Shown: in pieces, positions 46,459-58,297 of the stretch | How positions within the stretch are numbered: the first letter of the stretch is position 1 | Layout of the letters: every line of letters starts with the position of its first letter | Assembly (NCBI RefSeq): GCF_902713615.1 | Contig: NW_024055947.1 | Location: 62,001-126,000, forward strand | DNA: 64,000 nt | Origin: Scyliorhinus canicula | Lineage: Eukaryota | Reading direction: 5' to 3' | Translations under genes and position numbers: made by a program | Notes under the pieces: generated by a model | What the model was told of the DNA's origin: nothing | Seen by the model: only the letters and a program-made list of their open reading frames with translations | Databases searched by the model: none

Positions 46459-48039
46459 CTGTGAAATTGATTTAAAACAGAAAAAAGGGAGTGAGAGAGA
46501 TCCCACAAAACACAAAGGCAGCTTGTGAAATTGAGCTGAATGAACCTGGTCACTTGTGGGGCCAGCACTGGGAAAAAGTGACCGCGAAAACTGTTGAATC
46601 TTTTGTGAAAAGTGAACCAGTTTGTTAATGTCCTTCAGGGAAGGGAACCTGCCACCCGGACTGAACCCACACAAGATTCGAGCTTCTGCAAGAACACAAG
46701 AAATAGGAGCACAAGTAGACCATTCGGCCCGTAAAATCTGCTCTGCCATTGAACACGATTGTCGTTGATCTCAGTCTTCAATTCTACTTTCCTGTTAGCT
46801 TTCTATATCCTTTGACTTCCTGAGAGACCAAAATCTCACCATCTCAGCCTTAAATATATTCAATGATGGTCACAGTAACTTCACTGCAGTGTTAATGGAA
46901 GCCTATTTGTGAAAATAATGATTATTATGATCATCCACAACCCTCTGGGCTAGATAATTATTTGTGAGAAACAGAGTGAGAGAGAAAGAGAGTGAGTAGT
47001 GGGAAAGAGGAATCAAATAGATTGATGGAAAGGGAGAGAGAACGGAGTGAGGGTAACAGGAAGCAATGAAGCAACAACTGAATCACAATTTGACAGAATC
47101 TCCAAAACACTTAACCTCCACCACCTGGATGGAGCAGGACAGCAGATGTATGTGAACATCACCACCTGCAAGTTCCTTTCCAAGCCACACACTCTCTGAC
47201 CTTGTCCGACATTCAGTGCTGGATGAGCAGAACTTTCCTCCATTTAAATATTGAGAAGACTGAACCCATTCCCTTTCATCCCCTCTACAAACTCCACTCC
47301 CTTGTTACCAATTTCATTCCTGTCAAATGTTTCACCCCTAGATGAGCTCTTAACCACATATCCACATCATCACCAAGATTGCCGATTTCCACCTCAGGAA
47401 CATAGCTCTACTTCACCTTAGTCTCTGTTCATCTGCTGCAGAAACCATCATCCATTCTTCTGTTACCTCTCAACCAAATTATTCCAACGCACTCGCCGTC
47501 GGACCCCAACATTAAACAACCCCCTCCATCCCATCCCAAACTCTGCTACCCAAGTGCTTACTCATACCTGCCCCTGTCCCACTGATCTGCAAATGTTTCC
47601 TTTTAAAAGGCACAAAAAAGTTTTAATTTCTCATTCTTCTTTTCCTCCATGGTAGTGATCAGCCAGATCACTGTAATCTCCTCCACACACACCTCTTTGA
47701 GATCTCTGCACTCATTTAATTCCAGCCACTTGAGAATTCCTGATTTTAATCTCTAAACCATTACTGAGTTGCCAAGGCCTCAATTTCTGGAATTTCCTCC
47801 TTAAAACTCTCCCACTCTCTGACTCAATGTCCTCCATTAAGATTCTCCTTAAAACCTAATATCTCCTCATGTGGCTCAGCGTCAATTGTTATTTTGTGAC
47901 GTTTCTCTGAAAGTCTTAAAAGTTGTATTCTGTTCAAGTCATAATATAAATTCGAATTATGGTCACTGCCCTCGACATATATTCTGCCCCATAAATAAGA
48001 ATTTGTAAGTCAGAGTGAAACAGTCTGTCAGGAAGACAC

Positions 48040-48522
48040 GTTTAAAAAATGTTGCCCCCAACAATGATGGCGACTGAGCCTGCGCTCTGCTGCTCGTGCC
48101 CCAATAAAGATGGTGGGTGCGCGTGCGCACTGCCGCGAGTGAGCCAAATAATGATGCCGAGGGCGCATGCGTAGCGTTGCGAGCACCAAATAAAGATGGC
48201 GGCTGCATAGTCTTTTCCGTAACAAAGCTGCAACCTCTGCTCAAATCCCCAGGTATCAGTGGTTTATTTTGTCAGATGTTCGGTTTACATAACATGTTTG
48301 CGAAGCGTGCCTATCAACCCGCATGATCCAGCTCTCCGTCCGACCCGCCATTCCCACCGTCACTGATTATGGATCCGAGAAAGAACCTTTTCACTCGGTT
48401 CAGTCCCGCCCCTGATTCACTCCGATTTCTTGGAGGACCAGTCACTCCCGCCATGTACGCCCGAACCCGCCGACTCCACTATTGGTCGCGCGATGCCGTC
48501 AATCATTGCCGGGCATTGTGAG
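48040..48522. promoter_or_regulatory. Putative bidirectional promoter between the 46-kb (-) and 51.4-kb (+) ZNF loci
   Basis: AAGATGG-type YY1 motifs at ~48107 and ~48192, GCGCATGCGT ~48163, then module B (GC-box, CTATTGG, GCCGTCAATCA, GGGCATTGTGA) at 48400-48522. Confidence 0.65.
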
Positions 48523-48666
48523 GTGTCAGGTGAGAGGTCGGTGTCAGGTGAGAGGTCGGTGTCAGGTGAGAGGTCGGTGTCAGGTGAGAGGTCGGTGTCA
48601 GGTGAGAGGTCGGTGTCAGGTGAGAGGTCGGTGTCAGGTGAGAGGTCGGTGTCAGGTGAGAGGTCG
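48523..48666 (+). repeat. 8 perfect copies of the 18-mer GTGTCAGGTGAGAGGTCG
   Basis: Counted directly; VSGERS x8 in ORF 48430..48690. Confidence 0.97.
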
Positions 48667-49639
48667 GTGTTGGGGGGCGGGGTTTACTAATCCCCAGTGC
48701 CGAACAATGAAGATTCTCCACTCTCACTGATCGTCACTTCCGACTTCTCTCCATCAGAGTGAGTGTGGTTTTGTGAAGGGTAGATTGTGTTTGATTCATT
48801 TCTTGCAGTTCTTGGAAGATGTAACAAGCCAAGTGGATAATGGGGTCCTGTAGATGTATTTGGACTCCCAGAATATGTTTGATAAGGTGTCACACAAAAG
48901 GTAATAATCAACGTAAAATCCCACGGGGTTGAGAGATGATATATTAGCTCGGATAGAGGATTGGCTAACCAGCAGAGAGTGGGGATTAGATTCATTGACA
49001 CAGGTACTGAGGAAAAATATTTATATCCAGAGGGTGGTGACGGTCTGGAATGTACAGCCTTCGGAGGGTGACAGAGACGGGTTGCCTCACATCCTCTAAA
49101 AAAAGTACCTGGATGAAGACAGGGAAGTCATAACATTGAAGGCTATGAGCCAAGTGCTGGCAAATGGGATTTGGTAGGTGGGTCACGTTTATCACGTGTC
49201 GGTGCAAATTTGATGGACGGAAGGGCCTCTTTTGCACTGTGAATGAAATGAAATGAAAATCGCTTATTGTCACAAGTAGGCTTCAAATGAAGTTACTGTG
49301 AAAAGCCCCACATTCCGGCACCTGTTCGGGGAGGCTGGTCCGGGAATTGAACTGTGCTGCTGGCCTGCCTTGGTCTGCTTTAAAAGCCAGCGATTTAGCC
49401 CAGTGTGCTAAACCAGCCCCTCTGAGTTGCTGATGATACAAAGTTTGGTGCCATCATAGACTGCATAGATGATTGCATTAAATTGCAAGAAGATATTGAC
49501 TGACAGACAAGGTGAATGGGCAAGATTGTGGCATTATACACAAGTGTGAGGTTATCTGTTTTGAACTGAAAAAGGATAGAACTGAGTACTTTCTAAATGG
49601 AAACAGGTTCAGTACAGTGGGTGTCCAAAGAGACTTGGG

Positions 49640-50940
49640 GTTCATAGAATCTATGGTATGGAGACGGGCCCTTCAGCCCAAACTGGTCCATGCCAACCAA
49701 AAAGCTCATCTGAGTCAATCCCATTGGCCTGTATTTGGCCCATATCCCTCTGAACCTTTCCTATCCATGTATCTGTCCAAATGCCTTTTCAGTGTTGGCA
49801 ATGGCCCTGCCTCAACTCCTTCCTCCGCCAGCTCATTCTGTACTATCCTCTGTGTAAAACCATTGCTCCTCAGATTCCCCTTAATTCTTTTCCGCCTTAA
49901 CCTAAACATATGCCCTTTAGTTCTCGATTCCCTAACCCTGAGAAAAAGACTGAGTGCATTCACCCTATCCATGCCTCTCATGATCTTATACACCTCTATA
50001 AGATCACCCCTCAGTCCCCTACGCTCCAAAGATAAAGGTCCTGGTCTGTCGAATCTCTCCCTTTCACTCAGTCTCTTGAGTCCTGGCAACGTCCTTGTAA
50101 ATCCCTTCTGCACTCTCTCCAGTTTAATAACATGTTTCCGATAGCAACGCAGCCAAAACTGAACACGATACTCCAGGTGCGACCTCACCAACGTTCTGTA
50201 CAACTGCAACATAACTTCCCAACTTGTATACTCAATGCCCTGACTGATGAAGGCCAGCATGCCAAAAGCCTTCTTCAGAAAATTTGCAGTGCAGATGGAG
50301 GCTATTCAGCCCGTCGAGTCTTCCAGAGCTGGATAGCCCTTAGAAAGTGCATCCTACGTAAGCCCACTTATCTACCCTATCCCTGTAACCCAGTAAACCC
50401 CACTTAACCTTTTTTTTTGGACACTAAGGGTAATTTAGCATGGCCTGTCCACCTATCCCGCACATCTTTAGACTGTGGGAGGAAAGCAAAGAACACATGC
50501 AGGCACGGGGAGAGCGTGCAGACTCCACACAGACAATGACCCAGCTGGGAATCAAACCTGGGACCCTGAAGCTGTGAAGCAACTGTGCCAACCACTATGC
50601 TACCGTGCTGCCCTGTCTATCTGTGACTCCACCTTTAAAGAACCGTGCACATGAACTCCAAGATCCCTCTGTTCCATGATACACCCTAAGGCCCTACAAT
50701 TCACTGTGAAAGTCCGACCTTGATTTGACTTTCTGAAATGCAACACCTCACACTTATCTGTATTGAACTCCATTTGTCATTTCTCGGCCCACTTCCCCAG
50801 TTGATCAAGATCCTGCTGCAATTTTTGATAACCTTTGTCACTGCCGACAATACCACCTATTTTAGTGTCATCTGCAAACTTACTGACCATGCCTTGTACA
50901 TTCTCATCCAAATCGTTGATATAGATACAAACAGCAATCT
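49640..50940 (-). mobile_element. CR1-type LINE 3' fragment, split by an HE1-like SINE (50280-50615)
   Basis: ORF 49715..50260 VMLQLYRTLVRSHLEYRVQFW...KLERVQKGFTR. Confidence 0.85.
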
Positions 50941-51373
50941 CCGTGTTACTAATCTCCTAGTTACTGAAATCCGAGTTACTCCCTACTTAGTTAATTACTC
51001 CAGTTTCTCAAATTTAGAACAGATTCCCAACCAGCCAATCAGCTTTACTCTGAGGTAAGTTATTTATATTTACTGTTCCGAAGCTCCTCCTGCCCGAGTT
51101 CACACCAACTCCCCTCCCTGTGTTGGTGAGATTCATACCTGGATGTCTGGAAAATCATCAGGACAGTAACTGTCCTGTAAGGTAAGGAGTCCTTTTGCTT
51201 CCCAATTGACCGAGGAAGGCAGTGTGTCACAAGGATGGATGTGTTGATCGATTCATGGCTGGAGGATGGGGGCAGGTCATGTGATCAAACTCCAGGAAGA
51301 CATTTAATCAAAGTTGGCGAGGAGAGAATGTTGTGAATTTTTATCCTAAACTGAGGTTTCTGTAAATTTACAG

Positions 51374-51570
51374 GATACTGGAAGTGGAGGTTTAACAGAC
51401 GTGAAACGCTAACCAAACGTCACATCGCAATCTGACAGAGTCTCGATTAGTCAGAACCAGAATTTCAGCAGCATCTGGGTGTGGAAGGTAAAAGGTTTGT
51501 CTGTTCTGTCTGTGAGGGAAGATTTCAGGTCTCAGTGTGACTGGAAAAGCCCCGAGATTCACAAATCCTG
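51374..51570 (+). pseudogene. 5' fragment of a ZNF terminal exon, truncated by a CR1 fragment
   Basis: Acceptor TTTACAG at 51367-51373; VEGKRFVCSVCEGRFQVSV*LEKP from 51481. Confidence 0.7.
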
Positions 51571-52109
51571 GTTAGACCAAACCTGGAGAACTGTGTTCAG
51601 TTCTGGGCAACAAACCTGAGGAAGAATAGAATGGCCTCGGAGGGAGTGTAGCACAGATTTACCTGAGGATTAAATTACAAAATTAGATTATACAAACGAG
51701 TCAGAGACATGATGGCACAAAGAAGGGCATTCGGTCCATTGAGTCCATGCTAGCTCTCTGGAGCAATCCAGTCGGTCCCATTCTCCTGCTCTATCCCTGT
51801 ATCCTTGCAGGTTTATTTCCCTCAGATGTCTGTCCAATTTCCTTTTGAAACCAAACGATTCATTGTGTCTATTTTCAAACTCACTCATAGGCAGCAGGTT
51901 TCAGGTCGTTGCCGGTCGCTGTGTAAAAACATAGATCTCATATCACCTCATATCTCCTGTACCTTTTACATACAGACTAGGAACAGGACACTCGGCCCCT
52001 CGAGCCTGCTCAGCATTCAATTGGATTGTGGCTGATCTCATTCTCACCTCAACATTCCTGCCCCCCGGCCTGCAAAACAAACACAACAGGGGGTCAATGA
52101 GGTGAGCTG

Positions 52110-52440
52110 GACTGCCAGAGACACACCCACACACAGGGCACTTCCCCCAGACACACACCCACACGCAGGACACCGCCCCCTGACACACACCCACACACAG
52201 GACACCGTCCCCTGACACGCACCCCCACACAGGACACAGCCCCCAAACACCCACACACAGGACAACTCCCCCAGACACGCACCCTCACACAGGACACAGC
52301 CCCCAGACACCCACACACAGGACACCTCCCCCACACATAGGACACCTCCCCGCAGACACACACCCACACACAGGACACCACGGCCCATACACAGGACACC
52401 CCCCCCCCCCCACAAACACACACACACAGGACAGCACAGG
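52110..52440 (+). repeat. Degenerate ~30-bp C/A-rich minisatellite (ccccagacacacacccacacacaggacac)n
   Basis: About 10 variable units visible. Confidence 0.8.
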
Positions 52441-54253
52441 ACCCCCCCAGCCCCAGACACAGGGTGCCCCACCTGCCCCCAAACGCCTGCGCGCACAGGA
52501 ACCCCTTTCCCCAGACACCCACAGGATCCTCTATGTCCCGAACACCACCAGCACCTCTCCTTTGGACCACGTATTTGTCCCGGGTTTACGGGGCGGGGAC
52601 AGGGAAGTGCGTCTAGATTCGGGTGCTCTTTCACAGGGTCGGCGCAGAACCGATAGGCTGAATGGTCTCCCTCTGCACTGTAGGGATTCTGCAGTTCGAC
52701 TCTTTTCCCCCAGACCCCATCACGTTTTGGTGTGGGTGATCTCCCCCACTCTTCAGTAACTTCCTCGGGGCCTCTAGGACCCCCCCCCCCCCCCCCCCCG
52801 CCCCGGACTGGATCCTCTCTGGAATCCCCACCCCGCACCTGTCCCCATGACACAGCCTTGTCCACCTTCCCTCTCGGACCCTCTCCACTACCCTCCATAA
52901 CATTCCCCCCCCACCCCCCACATCGTCATCCCCTCTTGTTGCTTCACTTCGTTCCCACAAACGCCTCTGTATCTTTCCTAAATTTCTATGCAAGGGCGGG
53001 CTTCGGGGTACAGAGAGAGATGGGAGGGATTGAATATATTTGACTGAAAATCGTGATTACCTCATAAGCTTCATATTTATGGCGAAGAACTTGAGGGTCT
53101 TCTTCGGTCCTGTATCTGCTGACGGTCCGGGAGCAGCTTTCACTGTACAAGGAGCTACTGCCGCTTGTCAGCTTGTTTTAATCCTGCTGGGATCTGGTTA
53201 CAGGTTACACACCAGCTGGAGCCTGTGGCTGAGGCTCCGGACGAGGGGCTTGATCGGGTTTCAACATAAACGTTGTTCCTCCTGAATATTTAAACATTTG
53301 ACATGGATAAACACCGGGGCAGAAAAGGTTGGTGGTTGCGTCGATATATTAGATTGATATATCAATCGATTGCTCGATAGATAGATACGTAGATAGACAG
53401 ACAGATGGAATTAATATTAAAGCTGATAGCATTTTATCTTTTTTAAGAACTCGTCGGACGGGTGGACTAATGGAGAGACTGGGTGAACCAACCCTAACTT
53501 AATACAATTTATGACTTAATACAAAGGCTGGTCGTTTTTATAAATCGACCCTCACGGTTAATGGGAAATACATTCCGGGATGTTCATGCTGCAAACATGT
53601 ACAGTTTGATCGCAATGAATATCCAACATGATATTACCGCACTGACACAACCTCGGGGATTTCCATCCCAGAAAGCTCGCTCGGACAAGTCCAAGGTTTT
53701 TGAAAGTGTCTCTGACGGAATTTCTCGTTTATGTTTCTATAGCTGTGTTAATCTGGTTCCTTGTTTACTTTAATGGGTGTCTGTGTGTCTGTTTGAGAGA
53801 TCAGTTTGTGAGTCGATCACTATTTTTACTGTCTCTGTGTCTATGTTTGTGCTGATTCTGTGGTGTAAACGAGGCTGCTGGGAGATGGACATATTCACTT
53901 ACTTTCACCATTAGCAACTCAGACTAATGTGCACTCAAAAATCATGTCAACGAATGTTGGAATTTATTGCAGTGTCTGTGCATATCTGGATGGATGTTTT
54001 CGTACATGTCGTTGCACGTGGCCGTGTGTGTTTCCAATAGGCGGTTGTGCTGTCCACAGGAGGGCGCTCTCTGGTCACGTATCCAACATAACCACCCCGT
54101 TCCAGAGGAAGCGACCGCTTTAAGACGTGAAGGTGGGCGGAGCGAAGAAATCGAATTCGACCTCATAACATCTCGCTAATTGTTTTATCTCCGCCTATTA
54201 CAGGGCTGGTCCAGTCAGTGCAACTGTCTGTTTCTGGAGTTCAGATTGGAACC

Positions 54254-54725
54254 ATGGGGCTGATACTCTGCCTGTCTCTGGTTATTGTCCTGATGATAGG
54301 TTGGTTATATTGAACTTCTGTACTGAATCCTCCAATTCCCAAATGGGTTCTGATTTCCATCTTCGGGTGCTCATCCTCCTCATGATTCTCCTTCTAACCA
54401 GCTTTTTCTTTTCAGGGATGAGTAAGGGAGACTCGGTGTCTCAGGAAGAACAACGAGTCGACGCAGAAGAGGGTGAAGATTCAGCCATACCCTGCAGTTA
54501 TTCGGTATCGAGTTCAGCTGCAAGCTATGGCCTGTTCTGGTATCGCCAGTATCCACACCGTGCTCCTCAGTATCTGCTCAGAGCCGATAGTTATGGGTTT
54601 AACCAGACGGCTCCCGGGTTTGAACACTTCAGCGGGAAACTCAACCCGACACAAAGTACTTTTCACTTGTCCATGACAGATTTGAAGATGACAGACAGCG
54701 CCGTGTATTACTGCGCGCTGAGACC
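54254..54725 (+). CDS. TRAV: T-cell receptor alpha/delta-type V gene segment V1, intact: leader exon 54254-54299, intron, V exon 54416-54725
   Basis: Leader MGLILCLSLVIVLMIG with GT..AG phase-1 intron; V domain DSVSQ...IPCSY...LFWYRQYP...PQYLL...DSAVYYCALR. Alpha vs delta cannot be resolved here. Confidence 0.9.
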
Positions 54726-54764
54726 CACAGTGAATGAGGGCCCGGCGGGGCTCATACACAAACT
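54726..54764 (+). promoter_or_regulatory. 23-bp-spacer RSS of V1
   Basis: CACAGTG + 23 nt + ACACAAACT. Confidence 0.95.
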
Positions 54765-55655
54765 GGCGCCATTTCCCTAACAAGAAAGCACAAGGAGTTG
54801 CATTGCACAGCAAATGTACAGATAATAAACGGGACAATCCAGCTCCATCTGAATGGTTTTCCCTCAATGAGGTCAATGGTTCTCACTGTTGGGCCATTTG
54901 ACATTTGGCGGTCATATTACCCCAGAATCAAATTCCATAATTTCCCGATCCCATTTATATAAACCTGCCGATCTCGGAGAATCATTTCATCAATCTGTAT
55001 TTGTGAAACTTCTTGATCAGGTGGTAATCTACCATGCAGCACTTTTTAAAAGTGATCAAATATCAGAGTTATCACTGTTTAAAATTCCTGGGGTGCACAT
55101 GATGACTGACTGAAATAAGTACTTTACCGGTACAAGAGACCCCAATGGAAGCGCATCTTGGTCTAGAATTGGATGACTATTTATCCCGGGTACCTTTAAA
55201 ACAGTAATTATTAATTATGTTCGTGCACTGAATGGCCTCGTTAACATCTGTGTGTGAGGCTGATTTTAAAATATTTATTTTATCTTTCATATTTTGTGGG
55301 GAGGAATATCTACCTGAGGAAAGATGTGAAAGTTGAGGTCGAAGGAAAGCGATTTTAACCGAGAAAGAGACAGAATGACGACAATGTGAGGAAGGGAGCG
55401 AGAAAGACACAGCCAGGGGTGGAATGTGATTGGAGAGAACCCGCATTAATAAACGCTCAACTAACAGTGATTGGCCCTCAGCTGACGTCAGAGCTGATAA
55501 ACCAGGCAATCGTAGTACTGACAAACGTCCCTCAATTTCCCATGAATTGATCTACGTTTACTCTTTGCCACTGATCTGGGTTTGCACTTTGATATGAGAC
55601 TAGAAGCATGAACATATTTAAAACAGTGTCACTTTTTACTGCTCAATCAGGAACC

Positions 55656-56093
55656 ATGTGCTCCCTGTGTGCTTTACTGATAATAATGGTCTTGCTGCCC
55701 GGTGAGTCTGAGCTCAAATCCTCCTCCTGTGTTTCATGGGTTATATTTACTCACAAATTTATGACACATTCTATATGTTGTTACAGGAACCAGTGGCCAA
55801 GATTCGGTTTCCCAGGAGCCGCCTGAATTACCGGTTCAGGAAGGACAGACAGCAATATTGAACTGCAGTTACAAAGCAAAATATACTGACCAGAATCTCT
55901 TCTGGTACATCCAGTATCCAGGGGAAGCTCCGAGATATCTACTAAAGAAATATAGCGCGGGGAAGGGAGAAAGGTCTTCAGATTTCCCTGACCGGTTTTC
56001 TGCTGATTTAGACAAGGATAAGAAAACGATTCCTTTAAATATCACCGGGGTCCGTGTCTCTGACTCTGCCGTGTATCTCTGTGTGCTGAGCCC
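55656..56093 (+). CDS. TRAV: TCR alpha/delta-type V gene segment V2, intact: leader exon 55656-55701, V exon 55787-56093
   Basis: Leader MCSLCALLIIMVLLPG, GTGAG donor, TTACAG acceptor; QDSVSQ...LNCSY...LFWYIQYPGEAPRYLL...RFSA...DSAVYLCVLS. Confidence 0.9.
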
Positions 56094-56132
56094 CACACTG
56101 TTACAGAGGGACTCTCAACCCGTACAAAAACC
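56094..56132 (+). promoter_or_regulatory. 23-bp-spacer RSS of V2
   Basis: CACACTG + 23 nt + ACAAAAACC. Confidence 0.93.
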
Positions 56133-57221
56133 GGTAAAGCACTCTCACCTCGATTCACTGAATTAGATCTTTCACCTGGATTGTGAACTATTTATGTAAA
56201 CAAAGCAATATCATAAAGAGCAGCTAGCCCTAATTATTTCTTTCTGTAGTGCTGAACGTGTATCATTGTCTGCTAAATCCATTTTTATAGTAGTTTCTGT
56301 GTTTTGCGAGCAGCTCTCCAAATGCCATCGTCATGACAACACTAAATAGCATCCATCTGTGCCCTGTCTCAAAGATACGCTCAGTATCAGGACTAACATT
56401 CGCTTTCACGCCCTCTCTGTGTCAGAGAGCGACATTTGTTCGTCGTTTAGTTGTTTCGAGACATATATTGGATTTGGGGATATGCGGGGAAATAGAACAT
56501 TACAGCACAGCACAGAACAGACCCTTCGGCCCTCAATGTTGTGCCGAACAATGATCACCCTACTCAAACCCACGTATCCACCCTATACCCGTAACCCAAC
56601 AATCCCCCCATTAACCTTACGTTTTAGGACACTACGGGCAATTTAGCATAGCCAATCCACCTAACCCGCACATCTTTGGACTGTGGGAGGAAACCGGAGC
56701 ACCCGGAGGAAACCCACGCACACACGGGGAGGACGTGCAGACTCCACACAGACAGTGACCCAGCCGGGAATCGAACCTGGGACCCTGGAGCCGTGAAGCA
56801 TTTATGCTAACCACCATGCTACCGTGCTGCCCATAAATAAGGGACATGAAGGTGGTGCAGGAAAGTAGATTTCAGGTCGAACAACTATGATCTGTACAAT
56901 TGCAGAGCACCCCCATGTGAAGGGGCAAATCGTCCACTGCAGATCCTGCTCCTCATCATCTGATGTTCTTGTGTTCAGTTCATTGTTCTGAAAACAGGTG
57001 CAAGTGGTTCCGGGCTCCTCGCTCTGACGTAACAAAGAAACGGATCTAATTGGATGAAATGTAGGACACAGGAGCTTTGAGCTGATTGGGTGTCTCCTGC
57101 TGGCTCTGTCGGGAATGAACCAATCGGTAGTGAGGCCGGATATTACTCACATCTTCTGAACTCTGGACTGCAACAATTCAGCTGCAACTCACTGAGTTCA
57201 AATCCACTACCATCTCTGAAC

Positions 57222-57755
57222 ATGTTGTGTATCACCTTTTACATTTTCATCACAGCTGCAACTCACTTAACTGGTAAGTTCCCAAGGGGCACAATTTCCA
57301 GACAGCTCGCGATACTTACATTGTGATCCACCCTTAACTGTAATATATACAATTCCGTGATTGCATGATTTCTAACAAAGTAATACAAAGTTTAAGCTCG
57401 GATTTCTATTTTTTGCAGGTGTTATCGGTGCAGATTCGGTTTCACATGAACCGGTTACAGCGACAAAGTTTGAAGGAGAATCGATAACTTGATTTCAGCT
57501 ATTCGACCACCGCTGGTACATATTATTTGCAATTGTACCGTCAGGACCGGGACGAAGCCCTCATATTCTTGATCTACATTCCTAATTACGGAGATATTTT
57601 CCAGAGCAGTGGGTGTGGGGAGTCGATTTTCTGCATCTTTGGACAGTTCGAGGAGTGAGGGTAATTTCAACATCCGGGAACTGCTGCTGTTTGACAGCGC
57701 GGTGTAGTACTGCGGACTGAGAGACAGCAACTAGAGGGAGTCTGGTACAAAATCA
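57222..57755 (+). pseudogene. TRAV: TCR V pseudogene V3
   Basis: Leader 57222-57273 and acceptor 57417-57418 intact; V exon has frameshifts, first Cys to Phe, Trp to Leu, TAG at 57705-57707 in DSAV*YCGLR; heptamer lost, nonamer-like ACAAAATCA at 57747-57755. Confidence 0.85.
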
Positions 57756-58297
57756 CTGTCGCAGTGTGACACTGTGAATGGAACTGGGTACAGATTGGGA
57801 CATAAACCTGCAGATTGTTGTAATTTGAAAATATTGAAATAAGTATAAAGCCGAAAGTATAAGTATAAAGCTGCATTGGGAAAGTTCTGTTCCATTCCAT
57901 TCACATTAAATACATTCTAGACAGAATGAAAAGAAGTGTTTGGAGCATTTGTACCTTTTTGTAAATGAACGATGTTGAGAAAGAAATGAAAATAATACTT
58001 AACGATGTGATGTAGCGGTTACAGGAAGTAACACAAGTTAATGCAGCCGCAGCAGCAGGTCTACAAGCTGGATTCAAAAACCGTTTCTTCCCCGCCGTTA
58101 CCAGACTTCTGGATGACCTTCTTATGAACTGAACTGACCTCGTGTGGTGACAAAAGGTGACGGTGAAAGACGAGCTTTGTTGTCCTGTCGATGAATGCCG
58201 CCTGACTCCCTGAGTTGTTGCAGTAATTTCGGCGTTCTCCCCATATGTTAGATTGATTTTCGATGGCAATGACAGTATGCTTCTGCTCCTTTCGCGG

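Noticed and set aside
52700-53030. G/C-run-rich segment as a possible coding exon (ORF 52631..52993)
   Set aside because: Low-complexity homopolymer runs with no recognisable domain.
54254-56132. NAR-TCR supporting V-delta, IgNAR-like or IgH-like (TAILV) identity for V1/V2
   Set aside because: Both have their own leader exons, lack an extra CDR1 cysteine and show TCR-type WY(R/I)QYP frameworks rather than IgH-type WVRQ.
57746-57790. J-type RSS (CACTGTG at 57767-57773)
   Set aside because: No GGTTTTTGT nonamer at 12 or 23 bp upstream and no FGxG motif downstream.
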